Positions 48,583 through 60,293 of a stretch of DNA of 62,982 nucleotides are shown one piece after another. The stretch lies in contig SLNR01000033.1 of assembly GCA_007132905.1 (NCBI GenBank), positions 1 to 62,982 of the forward strand. The letters run 5' to 3'. This DNA comes from Candidatus Sumerlaeota bacterium (lineage in GTDB: Bacteria; Bacillota; SLNR01). The position numbers were made by a program, and so were the translations under genes. Position 1 is the first letter of the stretch. The number at the start of each line of letters is the position of its first letter. The notes beneath the pieces are model-generated. The model worked only from the letters and a program-made list of their open reading frames with translations. It was not told where the DNA came from and searched no databases.

Positions 48583-50748
48583 ATGAATATTTTAGATACT
48601 CTAAATGATAAACAAAAAGAATCTGTTATTTCTACCCAAGGACCGCTGCTTATCCTTGCCGGTGCCGGAAGCGGTAAAACAAAAGTGCTGACTCATCGTA
48701 TTGCCTATTTGGTAAAAGAGCAAGGAGTGGATCCGGAGCGGATATTGGCACTTACTTTTACTAATAAAGCCGCCGGAGAGATGAAAGAAAGAGTGGCTGA
48801 TTTGCTTTCGATCAGCCCTTATCATATGTGGGTAAGCACTTTTCATTCTGCCTGTGTTAGAATTCTTCGGAGCGAAGGAGAGCGATTAGCTATACCAAAA
48901 AATTTTGTTATTCTAGATGGATCAGAGCAGCGTGCTTTGATGCGCCAATGTATTAAAGATGTCAATTTTAACGAGCAAGATTTTACTCCCCAGGCGGTTT
49001 TGGCACAGATAAGTTCCTATAAGAACCGTCTGCAGACGTCAGACGATTATGTAAGTCAAGCAAAAGGCTTTAGAGAAGAAAGAATAGGGCGACTTTTTGT
49101 GCGATACGAAAAAGCACTGAAAGAGAATCAAGCGCTTGATTTTGATGATCTGATACTCTATACAGTCAAACTTTTGCGTTCCCATAGCGAGGTATTGGAT
49201 TGGTATCAAAACAAATTTCAATACATACTCGTGGACGAATACCAAGATACAAATTACGCCCAATATGTGTTGACTCGTCTATTGGCAGAAAAGCACAATA
49301 ACCTATGTGTTGTCGGGGATGACAATCAATCGATTTACCGTTGGCGGGGAGCAGATATTAGTAATATACTAGACTTTGAACGGGACTATCCCGATGCAAA
49401 AGTGATTAAACTTGAGCAAAACTATCGATCAACACAGACCATACTCAAAGCAGCGAATCAGTTGGTAAGATATAATCCTAACCAAAAAGAAAAGAATCTG
49501 TGGACGGACAATGCTGACGGGGATGAGATTGTCTTAAAGAAGCTGGCGGACGAACACTTAGAAGCTTCTTATGTGGCCGGAAAAATCCAGTCTTTAAGGC
49601 AGGATGAAAAAAAAGAATATGCAAGTTTTGTGGTGCTGTATAGAACCAATGCTCAATCACGGGTTATCGAAGAGGTCTTCATGCAGAAGAAGATTCCTTA
49701 TAAGATGGTGGGGGGACAAAAGTTCTATGAGAGAAAAGAAATACGTGATTTGATCGCTTATTTACGAGTGATCATGAATCCGAAAGATACCATTAGTTTA
49801 GAGAGAATCATTAATGTCCCCCGAAGAGGCATCGGAGCGGTTACTATGGATAAGATCCAAAGTTATGCGATAGAACATACATTGGATCTATATTCGGCTT
49901 TGGCCCAGATTGATGAAATTTCGGGTGTTGCTGTGAATGCAAAGAATAAGATCACCGATTTTATATCCTTAATAGAAACATGGAGAGAAAAAGCAAGCCA
50001 AGGTGCAAACATGGCAGAGTTGGTAGAGGGTATTGCAGTCGAAACAGGCTATATGGAGCAATTAGAACAAGACGGCAGCGCAGAGGCAGTATCTAGACTG
50101 GAAAATATAAAAGAGTTTTTTGCTGTCGCTGATGACTTCGATCAAGGGGAATCAAATGGGGGCCTTGATGATTTTCTTGCGGGAATCGCTTTAATCAGCG
50201 ATATAGACACCATCGAAGATGATAATGCAGTGACTTTGATGACGCTCCACAGCGCCAAAGGGTTGGAATTTCCCATTGTGTTTATCACAGGGATGGAAGA
50301 AGGAATCTTCCCTCACAGCCGGTCATTGGAAGAGGAAGAGTCATTAGAAGAAGAGCGGCGTTTATGTTATGTTGGTCTTACTCGTGCCCAGGAAAGATTA
50401 TTTCTCACTCATACATCAAGGAGAAACCTTTATGGTCAAACTTTATCTTATCCCCCTTCTAGGTTTGTCAAAGAGATTCCGTCTGAGCTGCTAGAAGAAG
50501 AGAGGGGAGTAAGTCTGTCAGGGAAAAACAAAACAGTAGGCAGGATGGATCACAAAGCAGGCAAAGCCAGGCGGGAACAGAGTGTCTCTTATGGGATCGG
50601 AGAAAAGGTGGAACATGCCAAATGGGGCAGCGGAGTGATTATTGGACTAAAAGAGTCCAAAGATGATGTGGAATTGACGATTTCTTTTCAGTCTGTGGGC
50701 ATAAAAAAAGTACTTGCCAAGATCGCGCCAATCAGCAAATTGAGCTAA
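48583..50748 (+). CDS. pcrA: ATP-dependent DNA helicase PcrA
   Basis: AGAGSGKT, TFTNKAA, VDEYQDTN, QSIY.WRGA, TLHSAKGLEF, EERRL.YV..TRA, Tudor-like C-terminus. Confidence 0.96.
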   Translation: MNILDTLNDKQKESVISTQGPLLILAGAGSGKTKVLTHRIAYLVKEQGVDPERILALTFTNKAAGEMKERVADLLSISPYHMWVSTFHSACVRILRSEGERLAIPKNFVILDGSEQRALMRQCIKDVNFNEQDFTPQAVLAQISSYKNRLQTSDDYVSQAKGFREERIGRLFVRYEKALKENQALDFDDLILYTVKLLRSHSEVLDWYQNKFQYILVDEYQDTNYAQYVLTRLLAEKHNNLCVVGDDNQSIYRWRGADISNILDFERDYPDAKVIKLEQNYRSTQTILKAANQLVRYNPNQKEKNLWTDNADGDEIVLKKLADEHLEASYVAGKIQSLRQDEKKEYASFVVLYRTNAQSRVIEEVFMQKKIPYKMVGGQKFYERKEIRDLIAYLRVIMNPKDTISLERIINVPRRGIGAVTMDKIQSYAIEHTLDLYSALAQIDEISGVAVNAKNKITDFISLIETWREKASQGANMAELVEGIAVETGYMEQLEQDGSAEAVSRLENIKEFFAVADDFDQGESNGGLDDFLAGIALISDIDTIEDDNAVTLMTLHSAKGLEFPIVFITGMEEGIFPHSRSLEEEESLEEERRLCYVGLTRAQERLFLTHTSRRNLYGQTLSYPPSRFVKEIPSELLEEERGVSLSGKNKTVGRMDHKAGKARREQSVSYGIGEKVEHAKWGSGVIIGLKESKDDVELTISFQSVGIKKVLAKIAPISKLS

Positions 50749-50768
50749 CAGGAAAGGAGATTTCCGGG

Positions 50769-52793
50769 GTGGTAAACGACGAGTATTTGGAAGAACAACA
50801 AGAGCTGACAAAAAAGCTTGACCGATATGCTTATCATTATTACGTATTAGACGATCCCCTTATAAGCGATAAAGAATATGATCGTCTTTTTGACCGATTG
50901 GTAGAAATGGAGAAAAAAAGCGGTGTTGTTCTACCAGATTCCCCGACGCAAAGAATCGGAGGAGAACCCTTGGATTCTTTTGAGACTCATCGGCATTTAT
51001 CTCGGCTGTGGAGTTTAGATAAGGTTCGTTCTATTGATGAACTGAAGTCCTGGGAAAAAAGATTAAAGCGTATCATGGATAATCAAAAAAAGCAAGGCCG
51101 TGATCTTTCTTCGGCTTTTTCCTATACCGTCGAATATAAGTATGACGGTTTAACCATCAACCTTACCTATGAAAGTGGAAATTTAGTGCAGGCTGCCACA
51201 AGAGGCAACGGTGAAATAGGAGAAGGGATACTTGAGCAGGTGAAAACAATACGCTCTGTACCTCTGACCATCCCTCATAAAGGAAAGATCGAAATTCAAG
51301 GGGAAGGGTTGATGAGGTTTTCGGTTTTAGAGGAATACAACAAAACAGCTGAGGAGCCTTTAAAAAATCCTCGTAATGCCGCGGCCGGAGCGCTTAGGAA
51401 TTTGGATCCGAAAGTAACCGCAAAAAGAAAGCTCGATGCTTTCTTTTACAGTGTCGGCTACAATGAAGATGTTGACTTTAGCACACAAGAAGAGATGATG
51501 GAGTTTTTACGAGACAATCATTTTCCAGTCAGCCATTTTTTCAAAAGAGTGGATTCGATAGACCACATTGGAAACATCATCCAAGAGGCAAAAGACAATT
51601 TAAAGAATGAAGATTTTTTGATCGATGGGCTGGTCATTAAAGTAAACGAGATGGATGCGAGAGATTTGTTGGGTTTTACCGATCGATTCCCAAGATGGGC
51701 CATGGCCTATAAATTTGAATCATTGGAAATGACAACAATCCTTAGGGATATAAAATGGAGTGTAGGCAGAACAGGTAGGCTTACTCCCATAGCTTATTTA
51801 GAGCCTGTGGATATCAAAGGCGCCACCATTAAGCGGGCCACATTAAATAACTGGGGTGATATCTTAAAAAAGAAGATACGGTTAGGATGTAGAGTTTGGC
51901 TTCGCAGGTCAAACGATGTGATTCCGGAAATCTTGGGTGTCATTGAAGAAACTTGCAAGGATAAGGAAAAGCCGGAAAAGCCTCATTATTGTCCGGCCTG
52001 TGGTACCCGTGTGGTAGAAGAGGGGGCCAATCTTTTTTGCAAAAACTCCCTGTCTTGTCAGCCCCAGTTGGTTTTTCGGCTGGCTCACTTTGCAAGCAGA
52101 GATGCTTTAGATATCGAATATTTGAGTGTGAAGACCGCAGAACAGCTGGTTATAAACGGTTTGATCGAAGACATTGCTGATCTCTATGCGTTAAGAGAAG
52201 AAGATTTGCGTCAGCTAGAAGGTTTTGGCTTAAAGAAAACCGAAAATCTATTGAAAGCTATCGAGGATAGCAAAAAACCGGAACTAGATGCTTTTATTTA
52301 TGCTTTGGGGATACCCCATGTCGGTCGCAGAACTGCCCGTGAAATTGCCCGGTATTTTAAAACTTTAGAGAGGATCATGGACGCGGATGAAGAACAGCTT
52401 GTAAGCATTTCGGATATTGGCTGCATCACAGCCAGAAGTATTGTCGACTTTTTCTCCGACAGCTTGATTTTAAAAAGCATAGAAAAGATGAAGGAATACG
52501 GGATGGTTTTTGAAAAAAGCGAAAATGAGTTAAGCCAGGAAGGTCCCTTTGCAAGCAAAGCAGTGGTTGTGACAGGTTCACTGCAGAACATAACACGAAA
52601 AGAAGCGGCGGATATCATTGCTAAGTTAGGCGGAAGACCTGTAGAAAGTGTAAGCAGCAAAACAGACATCGTTGTGGTAGGGAGTAATCCAGGTTCAAAA
52701 CTAGCAAAAGCCCAAGAACTAGATATTAACATTATGCAAGAAGATGACTTCTATGAAATTGTAAAGAAATATGGAGTAGACCTCGATTCTTAA
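50769..52793 (+). CDS. ligA: NAD-dependent DNA ligase
   Basis: YY..D.P.ISD..YD, KYDG, TRGNG, NPRNAAAG, Zn finger, HhH, BRCT. Confidence 0.96.
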   Translation: MVNDEYLEEQQELTKKLDRYAYHYYVLDDPLISDKEYDRLFDRLVEMEKKSGVVLPDSPTQRIGGEPLDSFETHRHLSRLWSLDKVRSIDELKSWEKRLKRIMDNQKKQGRDLSSAFSYTVEYKYDGLTINLTYESGNLVQAATRGNGEIGEGILEQVKTIRSVPLTIPHKGKIEIQGEGLMRFSVLEEYNKTAEEPLKNPRNAAAGALRNLDPKVTAKRKLDAFFYSVGYNEDVDFSTQEEMMEFLRDNHFPVSHFFKRVDSIDHIGNIIQEAKDNLKNEDFLIDGLVIKVNEMDARDLLGFTDRFPRWAMAYKFESLEMTTILRDIKWSVGRTGRLTPIAYLEPVDIKGATIKRATLNNWGDILKKKIRLGCRVWLRRSNDVIPEILGVIEETCKDKEKPEKPHYCPACGTRVVEEGANLFCKNSLSCQPQLVFRLAHFASRDALDIEYLSVKTAEQLVINGLIEDIADLYALREEDLRQLEGFGLKKTENLLKAIEDSKKPELDAFIYALGIPHVGRRTAREIARYFKTLERIMDADEEQLVSISDIGCITARSIVDFFSDSLILKSIEKMKEYGMVFEKSENELSQEGPFASKAVVVTGSLQNITRKEAADIIAKLGGRPVESVSSKTDIVVVGSNPGSKLAKAQELDINIMQEDDFYEIVKKYGVDLDS

Positions 52794-52977
52794 GACAAAA
52801 TAACGCAGATGGACAGAAAAATTCAAAAAATCGGCAGAAACTCAAAATTTATGTGTACGAAACAGGTTTGCTTTGTTATAATAGTAGTCAAATCTTCTTG
52901 TTCTGATTGCCGTAGAAAAGAATGAATAGATAAAGGGCGGTTTGGGCGGGAAGAAACAAAAACTGAGGAGGATGGAC

Positions 52978-54498
52978 ATGATTAGAAAAGGGACCGTAGC
53001 GATTCTGTTGGTAAGTTTGGCGGCTGCCGTGTTTTTTGCCGGCTGTGGCGGAGCACCTGTCGATGAGGCGAGAGAAGAAATTGTCATCGCCCAGGGCGTA
53101 GACGCCACAACCATGGATCCGCATATGCATGCGGAGACAACGACGACCAATGCGATCACAAACATGTATGATCGATTATTGGTGAGGGACCATGACATGG
53201 ATCTACAGCCGCAATTGGCTTTATCCGTGGAACCATTAGATGATCTGACATGGGAAGTGAAGCTTAGGGAGGGCATTGAGTTTCACAATGGGGAGCCTTT
53301 CAATGCTGAAACGGTAAAGTTCAACATTGAGCGGATTATTGATCCTGAGAACCAATCCCCACAGATAGCTGATTTGAATGCAGTGGAAAAGGTGGAAGTC
53401 ATTGATGAGTATACAGCTCACATCATCACCTATGAACCGTATCCTGTCATGGCTGGGCGTCTAAATCTGCCCATGGTGCCAAAAGATTATATCCTGGAAA
53501 ACGGGCAAGAATATTTTGCCCAAAATCCAATTGGGACAGGACCCTATGTATTTGTAAGTTGGACAAGAGACGAGTCCATCGTGTTTGAAGCGAACGAAGA
53601 TTATTGGCAGGGGGCTCCGGCCATCAAAAAAATCACCATTAAGCCCGTACCGGAGAGTTCTACCAGAATTGCTGAGCTTCAAACAGGAGCGGTTGATCTT
53701 ATTGTGAATGTACCGCCGCACCAGGCAGATGTCATTGATGCCGATCCTGTCACAAAAATAGAAACTGTTCCCAGCGGGCGGTTTATCTTTATATCTTTAA
53801 ACACACAGCGCGAAGGTATAATGCAGGACAAAAAGGTGCGCCAGGCTTTGAATCACGCCGTGGACATTGATACGATTATTGATACCGTGTTAGAGGGATA
53901 CGGCTATAAGTCGACCCAGCCCCTTACACCGTTGGACTTTGGCTATGATGATTCCATTGAAGGATATGAGTACAATCCGGAAAAAGCCAGAGATCTCCTA
54001 GCAGAAGCAGGCTATCCTGATGGAATTAGCATTGAACTTGGATCTCCGAGTGGTCGTTATGTAATGGACCGCGAGGTGGCTGAGGCGGTCGCAGGACAGC
54101 TTGCCGAAGTGGGAGTCGAGGCAGAGCTTAACGTCCAAGAATGGGGCGTCTATGTAGGAAAGGTCTTGGAAAAAGAAGCAGAAGAGGCTTATTTGATCGG
54201 TTGGGGCACAGCCCTCTTTGATTCCGATGCAACACTGTATCCCTGGTTTCGAACAGGCATGAGGTTTGCCACATACAGTGATTCCCAGGTAGATGAATAT
54301 CTTGACGAAGCCAGAACTGTCCTAGACGAAGAAGAAAGGGAAGATCTGTACCATCAAGCTTTAGAGATTATCATGGAAGATGCGCCCTTTATTCTTTTGT
54401 ATCAGCAGGAAGATCTTTACGGTCTGAGTGCTGATCTTCAGTGGGAGCCTCGCCCGGATGAACTGATTTTTGTATACGATATGGAATTTGGTGCTTAA
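52978..54498 (+). CDS. Oligo/dipeptide ABC transporter substrate-binding lipoprotein (family 5)
   Basis: Lipobox FAGC, MDPH, LREGIEFHNG, PIGTGPY, VRQALNHAVD, KARDLLAEAGY. Confidence 0.9.
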   Translation: MIRKGTVAILLVSLAAAVFFAGCGGAPVDEAREEIVIAQGVDATTMDPHMHAETTTTNAITNMYDRLLVRDHDMDLQPQLALSVEPLDDLTWEVKLREGIEFHNGEPFNAETVKFNIERIIDPENQSPQIADLNAVEKVEVIDEYTAHIITYEPYPVMAGRLNLPMVPKDYILENGQEYFAQNPIGTGPYVFVSWTRDESIVFEANEDYWQGAPAIKKITIKPVPESSTRIAELQTGAVDLIVNVPPHQADVIDADPVTKIETVPSGRFIFISLNTQREGIMQDKKVRQALNHAVDIDTIIDTVLEGYGYKSTQPLTPLDFGYDDSIEGYEYNPEKARDLLAEAGYPDGISIELGSPSGRYVMDREVAEAVAGQLAEVGVEAELNVQEWGVYVGKVLEKEAEEAYLIGWGTALFDSDATLYPWFRTGMRFATYSDSQVDEYLDEARTVLDEEEREDLYHQALEIIMEDAPFILLYQQEDLYGLSADLQWEPRPDELIFVYDMEFGA

Positions 54499-54547
54499 AT
54501 AGAAGACAAAGGATTCTAATCGATACAAGAATACATAGTTAACAATA

Positions 54548-54584
54548 TTAGCGGGGCGGGCTTTTTATCAGTCTGCCCCGCTGA
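54548..54584 (+). other. Intercistronic GC-rich hairpin after the binding-protein gene (mRNA-stabilising type)
   Basis: TTAGCGGGGCGGGCT...AGTCTGCCCCGCTGA with no 3' U-tract. Confidence 0.6.
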
Positions 54585-54619
54585 ATACATCGAATGATCT
54601 TTTAAGAGAGGGATGTTTT

Positions 54620-55615
54620 ATGGAGGAGCGTCTTATTGAAGTACAGGGATTAAAAACGCATTTTTTCACCGAAGATGGTGTTGTCCCCGCATTGGATGGG
54701 GTAAGTTTTCACATTAACAAAGGTGAAACTATTGGTGTTGTTGGAGAGTCCGGTTGCGGTAAAAGTGTTACCGCTTTATCCATTATGAAATTAATCCCTC
54801 CGACCATAGGACGCATTGTACAAGGCGATATCCTTTTTAGTGGAGAGAGTTTATTGGAAAAAAGCGAAACACAGATGCGAAAAATCAGAGGAAACGACAT
54901 TTCGATGATTTTCCAAGAGCCAATGACATCTTTAAATCCCGTCTATACAGTGGGGGATCAGATTGCGGAAGCAGTTCAGCTGCATCAGCAATTTGATCGA
55001 AAAAAAGCGATGAAAAAGGCCGTCGAGATGCTGAGTTTAGTAGGGATTCCTCTGCCGGAGAAAAGGGTTAATGAGTATCCTCACCAACTTAGCGGCGGTA
55101 TGAGGCAGCGAGTGATGATAGCGATGGCCTTGTCCTGTAGTCCCAAGCTTCTGATTGCTGATGAACCGACAACGGCCCTTGATGTTACTATCCAAGCTCA
55201 GATACTGCAGCTGATGAAAGATCTAAAGAAAGATCTAAGCACTTCGATTATGCTGATTACCCATGACTTAGGTGTTGTTGCGGAGATGGCAGAGAGGGTA
55301 GCAGTGATGTATGCCGGGCGGATTGTAGAAGAGGGTGATGTCCGATCTATATTTAGAAAACCTCTGCACCCATATACCGAAGGGCTTTTAAAATCCATAC
55401 CGAATATTGACAAACAGAAACAGAGGCTGCATGTAATAGAAGGAATGGTCCCCAATCCAAAAAATGCCCCCTCGGGGTGTAGTTTCCATCCACGTTGTCC
55501 TTATGCAAAAGAAATTTGCCATCAAGAAGAGCCAAGGGTACAGATCATTGATACCAATAGAACAATAAGCTGCTGGCTTCATGATGAGGATAACAGGAAG
55601 GAGGCTGTCAGATGA
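54620..55615 (+). CDS. oppD: Peptide ABC transporter ATPase (OppD/DppD)
   Basis: [44 protein letters not shown]. Confidence 0.92.
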   Translation: MEERLIEVQGLKTHFFTEDGVVPALDGVSFHINKGETIGVVGESGCGKSVTALSIMKLIPPTIGRIVQGDILFSGESLLEKSETQMRKIRGNDISMIFQEPMTSLNPVYTVGDQIAEAVQLHQQFDRKKAMKKAVEMLSLVGIPLPEKRVNEYPHQLSGGMRQRVMIAMALSCSPKLLIADEPTTALDVTIQAQILQLMKDLKKDLSTSIMLITHDLGVVAEMAERVAVMYAGRIVEEGDVRSIFRKPLHPYTEGLLKSIPNIDKQKQRLHVIEGMVPNPKNAPSGCSFHPRCPYAKEICHQEEPRVQIIDTNRTISCWLHDEDNRKEAVR

Positions 55616-56577
55616 AGGCACCTGTATTGCAAGTTCAAAATCTAACGAAACATTTCCCTATTACAGGCGGATTATTCTCGAGGGTAACCGACCAAGTTAG
55701 AGCAGTGGACAATGTCAGCTTTGATTTGTATCAAGGCGAGACACTCGGCCTTGTCGGCGAAAGCGGCTGCGGTAAATCAACAACGGGACGTGTAATACTG
55801 CGTCTGCTGGAGGCGACCAGCGGAGAAGTTATATTTGAAGAGAAGAATATTTTTGATCTCAAAAGAGAAGAAATGCGCATGCTCAGACAAAAATTACAAA
55901 TTATTTTCCAAGATCCTTATGCTTCTCTAAACCCGAGGATGACCGTCGGGCAGACAATAGGAGAAGCTATGGAGATCCATTCAATTGCTACGGGGGTTTC
56001 TAAAAAAAATAGAACAAAAGAGCTTTTGGAAGTAGTAGGTCTGAATCCGGATTATTATGACCGCTACGCTCATGAATTTAGCGGGGGCCAGCGGCAGAGA
56101 ATAGGAATTGCCAGAGCTTTGGCGGTCAATCCCAGTGTCATCGTTTGCGATGAACCTGTTTCGGCTCTTGATGTCTCCATACAGTCGCAGGTGATTAACC
56201 TTTTGGAAGATTTACAAAAAGAATACGGCCTTACTTACCTGTTTATTGCTCATGACCTAAGTGTGGTCAAACACATAAGCGATAGGATTGCCGTGATGTA
56301 TTTGGGGAAAATTGTTGAGATCGGAGCAGGAAGCGATTTGTATAGCAATCCTCTGCACCCTTACACCAAGGCGCTATTGTCAGCTGTTCCCATTCCCGAT
56401 CCGGATGCGATGATAGATAGAATAGTGTTAGAAGGGGATGTCCCAAGCCCCATTAATCCTCCGGAAGGCTGTCGCTTTCATACAAGGTGTCCTTTTGCAG
56501 AAGAAATATGCTCACAAGAGGAGCCTGTTTTTAAAGAGCATAGAGAAGGGCATCAGGCTGCCTGCCACATCCTTTAG
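55612..56577 (+). CDS. oppF: Peptide ABC transporter ATPase (OppF/DppF)
   Basis: [43 protein letters not shown]. Confidence 0.92.
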   Translation: MKAPVLQVQNLTKHFPITGGLFSRVTDQVRAVDNVSFDLYQGETLGLVGESGCGKSTTGRVILRLLEATSGEVIFEEKNIFDLKREEMRMLRQKLQIIFQDPYASLNPRMTVGQTIGEAMEIHSIATGVSKKNRTKELLEVVGLNPDYYDRYAHEFSGGQRQRIGIARALAVNPSVIVCDEPVSALDVSIQSQVINLLEDLQKEYGLTYLFIAHDLSVVKHISDRIAVMYLGKIVEIGAGSDLYSNPLHPYTKALLSAVPIPDPDAMIDRIVLEGDVPSPINPPEGCRFHTRCPFAEEICSQEEPVFKEHREGHQAACHIL

Positions 56578-56682
56578 AAGATTAATAATTAGCAAAATAT
56601 CGAAACTAGCGCTGCGTGAGTTTAGAACTTGAAGGTGTTGTAAGGCGAGTATAAGTTTTAGAAAATGATTTGGTTTATATTT

Positions 56683-56730
56683 TTCCTTAAAAAAGCCATG
56701 GAGGTTATCTCCGTGGCTTTTTTTAAGGAA
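56683..56730. terminator. Long bidirectional terminator after oppF
   Basis: TTCCTTAAAAAAGCCATGGAG-gttat-CTCCGTGGCTTTTTTTAAGGAA. Confidence 0.85.
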
Positions 56731-56888
56731 GTTATCAATTTAGACAATAAATCAAAATTTCTTTTAAGACTCTCAGAGGCAAGAAAAATACCGTTGCAAG
56801 CTAGAAAAAAGAGATTTCAGAAAGCATTTCAACATGGGATTATAAGCGAAAAGATCTACAAATCAATAGTCATAAAAGAGCGATTTAA

Positions 56889-56917
56889 TTGCATACCGTG
56901 ATCCGTAATGCTATAAT
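56889..56917 (+). promoter_or_regulatory. SigA promoter of gatCAB
   Basis: TTGCAT-N17-TATAAT with extended TG. Confidence 0.75.
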
Positions 56918-56973
56918 TACAAGATAGAGTTTTCTAAAAACGGTTCATCGTAATAGAGAAAAGGGGTGAGGTC

Positions 56974-57258
56974 GTGAAAATAAGCAGAGAAGAGGTCGAG
57001 CATGTAGCTTTGTTGGCCCGCTTGGCAATTAGCTCAGAAGAAAAGGATATGTTTACCGAGCAGCTAAATGTGATCCTTGAATATGTAGATCAGTTGAATG
57101 AATTAGATACAACTGATGTAAAGCCTACTTCCCATGTGATCCCAGTGAAAAATGTTATGCGTGAAGATCAAGTTGAAACACACTTAACTCAAGAAGAGGC
57201 TTTGAAGAATGCTCCTGAAAAAGAAGAAGGCTATATAAAGGTTCCACGAATTGTTTAG
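56974..57258 (+). CDS. gatC: Asp/Glu-tRNA amidotransferase subunit C
   Basis: EVEHVALLARL, L.ELDT, NVMRED, NAP.....IKVP. Confidence 0.95.
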   Translation: MKISREEVEHVALLARLAISSEEKDMFTEQLNVILEYVDQLNELDTTDVKPTSHVIPVKNVMREDQVETHLTQEEALKNAPEKEEGYIKVPRIV

Positions 57259-57288
57259 GAAATAGACGCGTGAACGGGAGTGGTTTAT

Positions 57289-58770
57289 TTGAAAATTCAT
57301 GAAATGACAGCTCATGAACTTCACAATATGTTGAAAACCAAAGAGATTAGTGCAAAAGAAATCACAACAGAGATATTTAGTCATGTCCATCAAGTGGAAG
57401 ATAGAATGAAATCCTATATTACATTAACTGAGGAGAAAGCCTATGCAGCGGCTGACATCGTTGATAAGAAAATAGCCGGCAATGAAGAGATTTCTCCTTT
57501 AGCGGGCATACCAGCGGCGATTAAAGATGTTTTAAGTACAAAAGGAATCGATACCACCTGTGCTTCCAAGATGCTTGATGGATATGTACCTCCTTATGAT
57601 GCAGCGGTTATAGAGAAGCTTTATAAAAACGATATGGTAATGGTCGGAAAAACAAACTGTGATGAATTTGCGATGGGCTCATCTACAGAAAACTCAAGTT
57701 ATTTTCCCACTAGAAATCCTTGGAATACCGATATGGTTCCGGGAGGGTCTAGTGGGGGTTCGGCTGCTTCGGTAGCGGCGGGACAGGCAGTTTATTCACT
57801 TGGCACGGATACGGGAGGTTCTGTTCGGCAGCCGGCTTCTTTTTGCGGGGTGGTCGGACTAAAACCGACTTACGGCCGAGTATCGAGAAACGGCTTGGTG
57901 GCCCTTGCTTCCTCTCTGGATCAAATTGGTCCTTTTACTAAAGATATAAGGGATTGTGCAATTGTGATGAATGCGATTGCGGGTTATGACAAGAAGGATT
58001 CAACATCCATTTCCAGACCGGTCCCTGATTATACAGAAGCCTTAAAAAAAGATATTAAGGGGCTGAAGATTGGTGTTCCGAAAGAATATTTTGCCGAAGG
58101 GATCCAATCTGAAGTGCGTGACGCCATAGAAACGTCTTTGCAGAAATTGGAAGAACTAGGTGCGATAGTTGAAGAGACATCATTGCCCCATTCAAAGTAT
58201 GCGCTAGCCGTGTACTATCTCATTCAGCCTTCGGAGTGTTCATCGAATTTAGCCAAATTTGACGGGGTTCGTTATGGTTATCGAGACAAGTCAGCTGAAA
58301 ATCTAATCGATATGTATATGAAAACCCGAAGCGAAGGGTTTGGAAAAGAAGTGAAAAGGCGTATTATGCTTGGAACTTATGCATTAAGTTCCGGCTACTA
58401 TGATGCTTATTACTTAAAGGCTTTAAAAGTCCGTACTTTGATTTTGCAGGACTTTGAAAAGGCATTTGGCGAATATGATGTTCTGGTGGCGCCGACCAGC
58501 CCGACAGTGGCGTTTCCGTTTGGCGAGAAAACAGAAAATCCACTACAGATGTATCTATCGGATATCTGTACCATTCCTATCAATTTAGCAGGCATACCTG
58601 GTCTATCAATACCTTGCGGATTTAGTGATGGTCTGCCTATAGGTCTTCAGATCTTGGGAGAACCTTTTAGCGAAGAGAAGCTACTGCAGGTAGGTTATGC
58701 TTTTGAAAAGAATAGCGAGTTTCATTTAGCCAGGCCCTCTTTTGTGGAAGGTGGTGTTGAGGGTGAATGA
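57289..58770 (+). CDS. gatA: Asp/Glu-tRNA amidotransferase subunit A
   Basis: [52 protein letters not shown]; start TTG 57289 or GTG 57280. Confidence 0.96.
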   Translation: MKIHEMTAHELHNMLKTKEISAKEITTEIFSHVHQVEDRMKSYITLTEEKAYAAADIVDKKIAGNEEISPLAGIPAAIKDVLSTKGIDTTCASKMLDGYVPPYDAAVIEKLYKNDMVMVGKTNCDEFAMGSSTENSSYFPTRNPWNTDMVPGGSSGGSAASVAAGQAVYSLGTDTGGSVRQPASFCGVVGLKPTYGRVSRNGLVALASSLDQIGPFTKDIRDCAIVMNAIAGYDKKDSTSISRPVPDYTEALKKDIKGLKIGVPKEYFAEGIQSEVRDAIETSLQKLEELGAIVEETSLPHSKYALAVYYLIQPSECSSNLAKFDGVRYGYRDKSAENLIDMYMKTRSEGFGKEVKRRIMLGTYALSSGYYDAYYLKALKVRTLILQDFEKAFGEYDVLVAPTSPTVAFPFGEKTENPLQMYLSDICTIPINLAGIPGLSIPCGFSDGLPIGLQILGEPFSEEKLLQVGYAFEKNSEFHLARPSFVEGGVEGE

Positions 58771-60211
58771 ACAGTACGAATCGGTGATTGGTTTGGAAGT
58801 CCATGTAGAAATGAAGACCAATAGCAAAATGTTCTGCGCCTGCAGTGCCGAATTTGGTGCCGAACCCAATACGAATGTTTGTCCTGTTTGCCTGGGACTT
58901 CCCGGGGCTTTGCCTGTTCTTAACAAGAAGGCGGTGGATTTTGCTATACAGACAGCTATCGCATTACAATGTCGTGTTGCTCCCAGCAGTCAATTTGCCA
59001 GGAAAAACTATTTTTATCCTGATTTAGCGAAAGGCTATCAAATATCTCAATATGATTTGCCTCTAGCGAAGAACGGGTTGTTATCGATTGCTACCGATGA
59101 AGAAGATCATGATATACGAATCAACAGGGTCCATTTAGAAGAAGATGCCGGTAAATTGATTCATATCGGGACGATATCAACATCGCCTTATTCAATGGTG
59201 GATTATAATCGATCAGGCGTTCCTCTTATGGAAATTGTCTCCGAACCGGACATCAGAACAGCCGAACAGGCTAGAGCTTACCTTGAAAAACTAAAGGCTG
59301 TTCTGCAATTTATCGGAGTCTCAGACTGCAAGATGGAGGAAGGATCGCTTCGCTGTGATGCGAATATTTCCATACGGAAAATAGGATCGAGTGAGTTTGG
59401 AACAAAAGCCGAGATTAAGAATCTAAATTCGTTTCGATCTGTGGCCAAGAGTATTGAATACGAAGCCGATAGACAATACGAACTACTGGAAAAGGGGACG
59501 GCCCTTGAACAGGAAACCAGGACATGGGATGAAACAAAAGAAGTCACAATGACACTGCGAAGTAAAGAAGAAGCCCATGATTATCGTTATTTCCCGGATC
59601 CGGATCTTGTAGCGATTGAAGTAGATGAAAGCTGGATTAAAGGTTTGGAAAGCAAGCTTCCGGAACTGCCGGCTGCCAGGCAGAAAAGATTCATGGAGAA
59701 ATATGGCTTGGGCCGGTATGATGCTAAAATGCTAACAGCACACCCTCAAACAGGAGTCTTTTTCGACGAAGTGATGAAGCAGTACTCAAATGGCAAAGCC
59801 GTCAGCAATTGGATTGTGGGTGATCTTATGCGCTGTTTGAATGAAGCTGGATTGGGATGGGAAGAAAATCCTTTAAAGCCTGAACAGTTGGCAGGCATGC
59901 TGAAAATGCTTGATGAAGGCGTGATAAGCGGGAAAATAGCTAAAACAGTTTTTCTGGACATGTTTGAATCAGGGAAAAACGCCGAAGATATCATTGAAGC
60001 CAAAGGGCTTAAACAAATCTCTGATAAATCGGTGCTTGAGGAAATCGTGGAGACAGTAGTTGAAGAGAATCCAAAAACAGTGGCAGATGTGAAAAGTGGG
60101 AAGACAAAAGCAGCACAATATCTGGTGGGTCAAGTTATGAAAGTGACCAAAGGGAAAGCCAATCCAGGGTTAGTGAAGGAACTTATAGAAAAAGAACTTG
60201 AAAATAAGTAA
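58763..60211 (+). CDS. gatB: Asp/Glu-tRNA amidotransferase subunit B
   Basis: [62 protein letters not shown]. Confidence 0.96.
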   Translation: MNEQYESVIGLEVHVEMKTNSKMFCACSAEFGAEPNTNVCPVCLGLPGALPVLNKKAVDFAIQTAIALQCRVAPSSQFARKNYFYPDLAKGYQISQYDLPLAKNGLLSIATDEEDHDIRINRVHLEEDAGKLIHIGTISTSPYSMVDYNRSGVPLMEIVSEPDIRTAEQARAYLEKLKAVLQFIGVSDCKMEEGSLRCDANISIRKIGSSEFGTKAEIKNLNSFRSVAKSIEYEADRQYELLEKGTALEQETRTWDETKEVTMTLRSKEEAHDYRYFPDPDLVAIEVDESWIKGLESKLPELPAARQKRFMEKYGLGRYDAKMLTAHPQTGVFFDEVMKQYSNGKAVSNWIVGDLMRCLNEAGLGWEENPLKPEQLAGMLKMLDEGVISGKIAKTVFLDMFESGKNAEDIIEAKGLKQISDKSVLEEIVETVVEENPKTVADVKSGKTKAAQYLVGQVMKVTKGKANPGLVKELIEKELENK

Positions 60212-60230
60212 AAAAAATTTCAAAAAAAGA

Positions 60231-60255
60231 AGGATATAGAAAAAAGATGTAGAAT
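60231..60255 (+). promoter_or_regulatory. SigH-type promoter
   Basis: AGGA-N17-GAAT exact match. Confidence 0.55.
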
Positions 60256-60257
60256 AG

Positions 60258-60286
60258 TTGACGCTTATATAATGATTTTGTATAAT
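60258..60286 (+). promoter_or_regulatory. SigA promoter of the riboswitch leader
   Basis: TTGACG-N17-TATAAT; predicted start of transcription falls at the aptamer 5' end. Confidence 0.85.
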
Positions 60287-60293
60287 ATAAAAA

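Noticed and set aside
56665-56901. 78-aa ORF between oppF and gatC
   Set aside because: Runs through the terminator hairpin and the gatC promoter; no SD; low-complexity A/T-driven sequence
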